Below, piece by piece: positions 59,113 to 64,000 of a stretch of DNA of 64,000 nucleotides. Location of the stretch: assembly GCA_009914755.4 (NCBI GenBank), contig CP086569.2, positions 7,008,001 through 7,072,000 on the forward strand, in the 5' to 3' direction. The DNA comes from the human T2T-CHM13v2.0 reference genome, Homo sapiens. Within the stretch, counting starts at the first letter, position 1. Each line of letters begins with the position of its first letter. Position numbers and translations under genes: made by a program. The notes beneath the pieces were generated by a model. That model searched no databases and was not told the DNA's origin. It saw only the letters and a program-made list of their open reading frames with translations.

Positions 59113-60317
59113 AACTACCAACACTTTTCCAAGTCTCACAAAGCCCTATATAATCCTGTCTTTGTCCAACCTTCTGGCTCACACTGTGCCACTCCTCTTT
59201 TGTTCCCAGAGGAAAGGTAATTTTCTTGAACAGTAAATAACAGACAAGATGAATGGGAAAATATCCCATTACACTCTTATGCCCAAAACAGAAAATATGA
59301 CAAGTTTTAATGAGATCCCTCTGGCTAAAAGGTTGCTAATGATAATGAAAACAAAAGGGGAAATTACTTCAACACATGCAATTTGCTAAAGAGAAAAATA
59401 AAAAAAAATTTTCAAGAATATTCTTTTATCCAAATTGATGCAATATAGACGTAATTTGGCGTGTCCAATGCAGTGACCTCTGTGGGCCAAGACACTGAAA
59501 TGAAGACCATGGGAAAAAGAGCTCCAGGGCTGGATCCCTGAAAAAATGATTTCACAACATATAAATGTGGTTTATGCCTTTAACCGCAAACAGCTGTCTC
59601 CTACAGCTGTCCCCCTCCAACCAATGGGTGATGGTCAGTGGCTTGCAAATCCTAGGTGTGGTTTGTTCAGACAAGGGCATCTATCTGAGTTTATTACAAA
59701 CTCATCTTAGGAGGGGCAAAGGCCATATTGAAACAGAAAGCCCCAATATCCAAGAGGCCGCTTTCAAATATTTCCCCACCTTGGCTTTTGTGTTGTTACC
59801 ACAGATTTTATTTACCTAAGAATGGCTTCCGCAGCACCATCTGTTTGCCTATCAATTGCAACACTAGGGCATGAAGCCTGCACACATCTTTCATCGATGT
59901 TGCGGAAGGCTCCCAATTGCACAAAAACTTGAATGAATTCCCTACGCCGGAAAATCTGAAAATGTGGATTCTCATTTGCAGAAAGAAGCGTGCATTGCTA
60001 GATATTATCAATACAAAAACTGAAATCCACAAAAACATTTCAAAAGGCTATTTGTACAGGAGTCATCTATGACCAGTAATGCTGGTTTTTAGGGATGGAA
60101 AACGTTCTTGCATTCTCAAGCACAGCACATTCTTCTTTCTTTCAAGAAGGGAACATTTAGGAGAGACTGCCCAAGTTAACTGGGCTTTTGCTCATCTAAC
60201 CTATAGGAAGTTCCTTGGGGCTTGTGAAATGATTAATAAATGCAATGAAAACAAGCAAATATGTAAGGTATGGGTTTCAAAAATACAATTATGTAGAATC
60301 AGGTTTATAAATATTGC

Positions 60318-60635
60318 TCAGCAGCATGGCTCATGCCTGTAATCCCAACATTTTGGGAAGTCAAGGTGGGAAGATGGCTTCAGCCCAGGGGTTCTAGACC
60401 AGCCTGGGCAACATAGTGAGGCCCCATCTCTACTAAAAATTAAAATGAAAAAAATAGCTGGGCATGGTGGGACATGCCAATGGTCCTAGCTACTTACAAG
60501 GCTGAGGCAGGAGGATTGCTTGAGCCCAGGAGTTCAAGGCTGCAGTGAGCTATGATTATGCCACTGCACTGCAGCCTGGGTGACAAGAATGAGACCCTGT
60601 CTCCAGAAAAATTTAAAAATAAATAAATAAAAAGG
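60318..60635 (+). mobile_element. Alu with an (AAATA)n-like tail.
   Basis: Alu consensus. Confidence 0.9.
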
Positions 60636-61364
60636 TTTATAGAGATAGAAGAAGGCAAGTTGTTTGGAATACAATTATTTCCCTTTAGCATTTTCTCTCA
60701 GTTTTTTAATGGTTTTGATATAGGATGTGCTAAATACGTTAACTTCCATGTTCAACATATTAACATATGAGAATCATTTCCTTAAAGCAAAGGGAAATAA
60801 GAACCATAGCATGTTGGCATGTGTCCTCAGTTCACAAAGAACATACATTTCACCGTTCAAAACATGTGACATTGAAACAACACAAGCAGCCTGCATTCTT
60901 AGCTGTGTTTGCACCTGCTCATAAACCCACAGAACTGGAAGGCAATGTAGCAAACACACAGTCAAACCTCCCACAAGGCCTGTGAGCAGTGTTCACTAAA
61001 ATCAGCATGGCTTGAGTTATAGGTACCTGTTTTGAAATTTGGTTGGCCTCCCAAGTTATGGAACGGAATATGTTTGCATAGGTTTATAGAACAATAGGAC
61101 TAGGAAAAAAACTCAGGCCAAGCCATGTTTTTCCTAATTCTGTCTAGGAATAAATGCATGAATCCTAAAATGCTTTCAAGACTTTGCAGTGTTACAATTT
61201 CTTATTAGGAGCTTGGACTTCTAATCACTTTCAAAAGATGTCTCAAGTGTCATGGCTGATCCAATAGAGGTCAAAACACAAAACAAGCTTAAAGAAAGCA
61301 AAAACCTGTCTACAATAGCTTAAGATTCAGTGTAGAAGTAATACTTTAAAATATATTTAGCAGT

Positions 61365-61570
61365 TCGAGACCTGACATGGCAACATGGTGAAACCATATC
61401 TCTGTAAAAAAAATACAAATTAGCTGGCATGATGGTGAGTGTCTGTGGTCTCAGCTGCTGGGGAGGCTGAGATGAGAGAATCAACTGAGGCCCCAGAGGT
61501 TGAGGCTGCATTAAGCTGTGATTGTGCCATTGCACTGCAGCCTAGATGAGTGAGACCCTGTCTCAAAATA
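61365..61570 (+). mobile_element. Alu, 5'-truncated.
   Basis: gttcgagacctgacatggcaacatggtgaaacc... Confidence 0.85.
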
Positions 61571-61905
61571 TATATATATATAAATTTATAAATGTTATAA
61601 ATATACAATTATATATTTTTAAATTATATATAAGTATATAGTATAAATAATGTTTTTATAGTTGTGTAAAGTTTATACAATTTTATAAATGTAGATATTT
61701 CATTTACACAAATAAAAATATATATTATTGGTAATTATGTAAAATTTATAAATATAAGTATATATACATACCTATGTCTATAAATACATAGAAATATTAT
61801 ATAATTCTACATATTTATATATAATTGTCAATTTATAAATATAAATACATTTATACATAAATATATGTATATGTTTATATATATTTAAATATAACAGGGA
61901 AAACA
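61570..61905. repeat. AT-rich low-complexity / TA-rich simple repeat.
   Basis: Direct reading. Confidence 0.9.
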
Positions 61906-63934
61906 GTGTCCCTTTTTTTTAGGTGCTAAAACTTGGTTTTGAAATTTTATTTAAAAAAATTTGCAAACATATAAAATTTAGGATGAAAAACACTCATTTT
62001 AAAATGTAATAACTTAATATTTGCAAACATACACAGATGGTATAAAATCCATACCATTAAAAATGTTAATGATACAGTTTTGTGCTCATGGAACAAAAAC
62101 CTTGCTGTAATTCCAGAGCTTCTCATCCCCACCTTTCAGGGAGCTGAGAATCTGGTAAAATGAAAGTCATGAAAGCCACATGGCCAAAGCAGTAATACAG
62201 AATAAAAAAAATTTAGAACACATATTTTAAAAACCTGTTTCTTAGGGAATCACATGGATGAAAAGGAAACACAATTCTGCATTTTCCCTACTTCGAAGTG
62301 AATGATATTGCATCTTAGCATTTTAAATGAAGGTGTCAAATACAAAACCGAGGGAACTGCTGAACACATCTGCTGAATTTGCTGAAAAAGACGCTCCTCG
62401 AGGCCCTGGTCCACTCGGAAACGTTCTCAAACACAGCTATAAAAAAGCCTAGTGTAAGCCGCTTGACTTTGCTCGGATCTTAACATTTTAGAGACTTGGC
62501 AACACAGGGCATGATTAGTTCCAGAAGATATACTGAACGCAATTGAAGAAAACCCAATGGAGGCAAGAAAGAAAAACGTGCTCTGCAGCAAACATGCAGT
62601 CGAGACGCAGGACGCGCACCCCAGTGATTCCTCAATTCCCCTCACTCACACGGGCTGAGCCCACTCGTGTCTGTGCCCACCTCTCATTCCTCTCAGAGTT
62701 AAAGTATGACGGATGATTTTCTTTCTTGAGCAGTTAGGCACCTTCAATTTCATGTTACATTATTAGTAATACAATGGGATTTCACATGGTCCTGTTAAGG
62801 TTTCCATCAATACTCTTCAATGGCTTCTGGTTTTCAACAAATCAAGTGCATGCTTCCTGCTTTTGTGGTAAGGTCCTCAAACATGCGCCCCTGCCTACTT
62901 CCATGACTTATGATTTCTTACCCCGCCCTTCACAACACCCACACTAAGTGGCTTGTCTTTCCACGCGCCGGCCCCACACCTTGCTTCCTTTACCACATGT
63001 ATGTCCTCACGCTATTTGTTCTCTATGCGTTTGTGTGCAAATAAAATCCATTCTCTAATGCTGGGCATGCATGGGTCTTCCTCCATGAGATTTCGTGAAG
63101 GAAATCTTACATACTATTGGTGTTGATTGCATTGATTGATCAATTCACAGTCCCAGAGACATATTCTATAGAGGAGTTGAGTAAAACACCAATTAACACG
63201 GACTTCCAGACTGTCTACCCCAAACGTTGCCTTCTTGAAAGAAGGATTTCGTAGAGAAAACTCTCCCCCCAGCTCCCTCTGTGTGTGGTTCATATACCTC
63301 CTAGCCAGGTACAAGGCATGCCACCTTGTAATGCTCCTTCCTGCCTTATTTCTCCCACATACTGTGGTCCTGCATGCACCTGGCTAATGGGCCAACCCTC
63401 AAAGCTGCTGAAACGCCAGCCTAAGCCACGCATGAGGTAACCCATTTTCAGAACGGTCGTTCCAGACACATGGTGCCCAGATGGGAGCCGCAGTTTGACC
63501 TTCCATTTTTAAAATTTGCTTCCACTACAGAAATTAAAGTTCAAATAACCAAAGCTTACAGGGAGCCTGTTTATAGTTAATATCATTGGTTAAGATTAGA
63601 GATGATCTAATTCCTTAACCATAGATGTATTCTCCAAACGCATGAGCACAGAAAGGAAAATAGTGTGCAGGCAGCTGTTAAATTGCTCCCCGATGACTTC
63701 CCCTCTGCCATGTGAACTCTCTTCCTTTGACATGGTCTGACTAGTCTTGTACTAAAAATAAAATCTCCCTTATATGAACAAAATACAAAATATTCCTTTT
63801 TCTTTCTCTTTCAAGAGCCCTCTGGATTTTGTGTTAGCTTTATTTAAGAGATTTTTCTTCCTTTTGTGGCACAATGATCAGAATTAAGATTGATATTTAC
63901 ATTAAATTACATTACAAGATTTACTAAAATGTAG

Positions 63935-64000
63935 ATTATCATGTCATAAATATATATCATATGTATATGTATCATATATATCATACATATATGATATATG
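63935..64000. repeat. AT-rich simple repeat (tatatcatatg-like units) running to the window edge.
   Basis: Direct reading. Confidence 0.8.

Overview
This window is primate (almost certainly human) nuclear DNA, not a prokaryotic locus. About 40 Alu insertions (more than 40 counting partial copies) lie on both strands, including a young AluYb8. There are also L1 fragments, THE1-type MaLR LTRs, hAT-type MITEs, an LTR12, simple repeats and two gamma-retrovirus-like HERV elements. The only host coding sequence I can support is the 3' end of the PRKX/PRKY AGC-kinase gene on the + strand. Its exon remnants sit at 456-551, 11679-11756 and 16066-16191. Two observations favour the Y-linked paralog PRKY (Yp11.2) over PRKX. 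First, several amino-acid differences from the human PRKX I remember. Second, the 5' ~57 nt of the exon-8 equivalent are absent. Splicing exon 456-551 (phase 2) onto the remnant at 11679 then gives ...HVK-TGRMM-stop, the truncated 'putative kinase' expected for PRKY. The ancestral C-terminal tail is left as an out-of-frame relic in the 3' UTR. Downstream lie a U6 snRNA pseudogene and a nested ERV cluster. The cluster holds a minus-strand class I HERV gag-pro-pol remnant (29.7-32.8 kb), a plus-strand LTR12 with CCAAT tandem repeats (33.6-34.5 kb) and tandem LTR-like units. It also holds a nearly complete plus-strand gamma-like HERV provirus (36649-45366) with matching 376-bp LTRs, a 4-bp target-site duplication (TSD) CTTG, gag/pro/pol/env remnants and an L1 insertion in pol. 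That L1 shows a 5' inversion typical of twin priming and a 10-bp TSD. The window ends with an L1 5'UTR-ORF1-ORF2 fragment, two THE1-like LTRs and an Alu-disrupted hAT MITE. I found no CRISPR arrays, operons, tRNA/rRNA genes or anything resembling a prokaryotic defence system. The interest here is structural and evolutionary: PRKY decay, nested retroelement history and candidate polymorphic repeats. There is no undescribed 'system'. All coordinates come from reading the sequence by eye, and repeat boundaries are approximate (about +/-10 bp).
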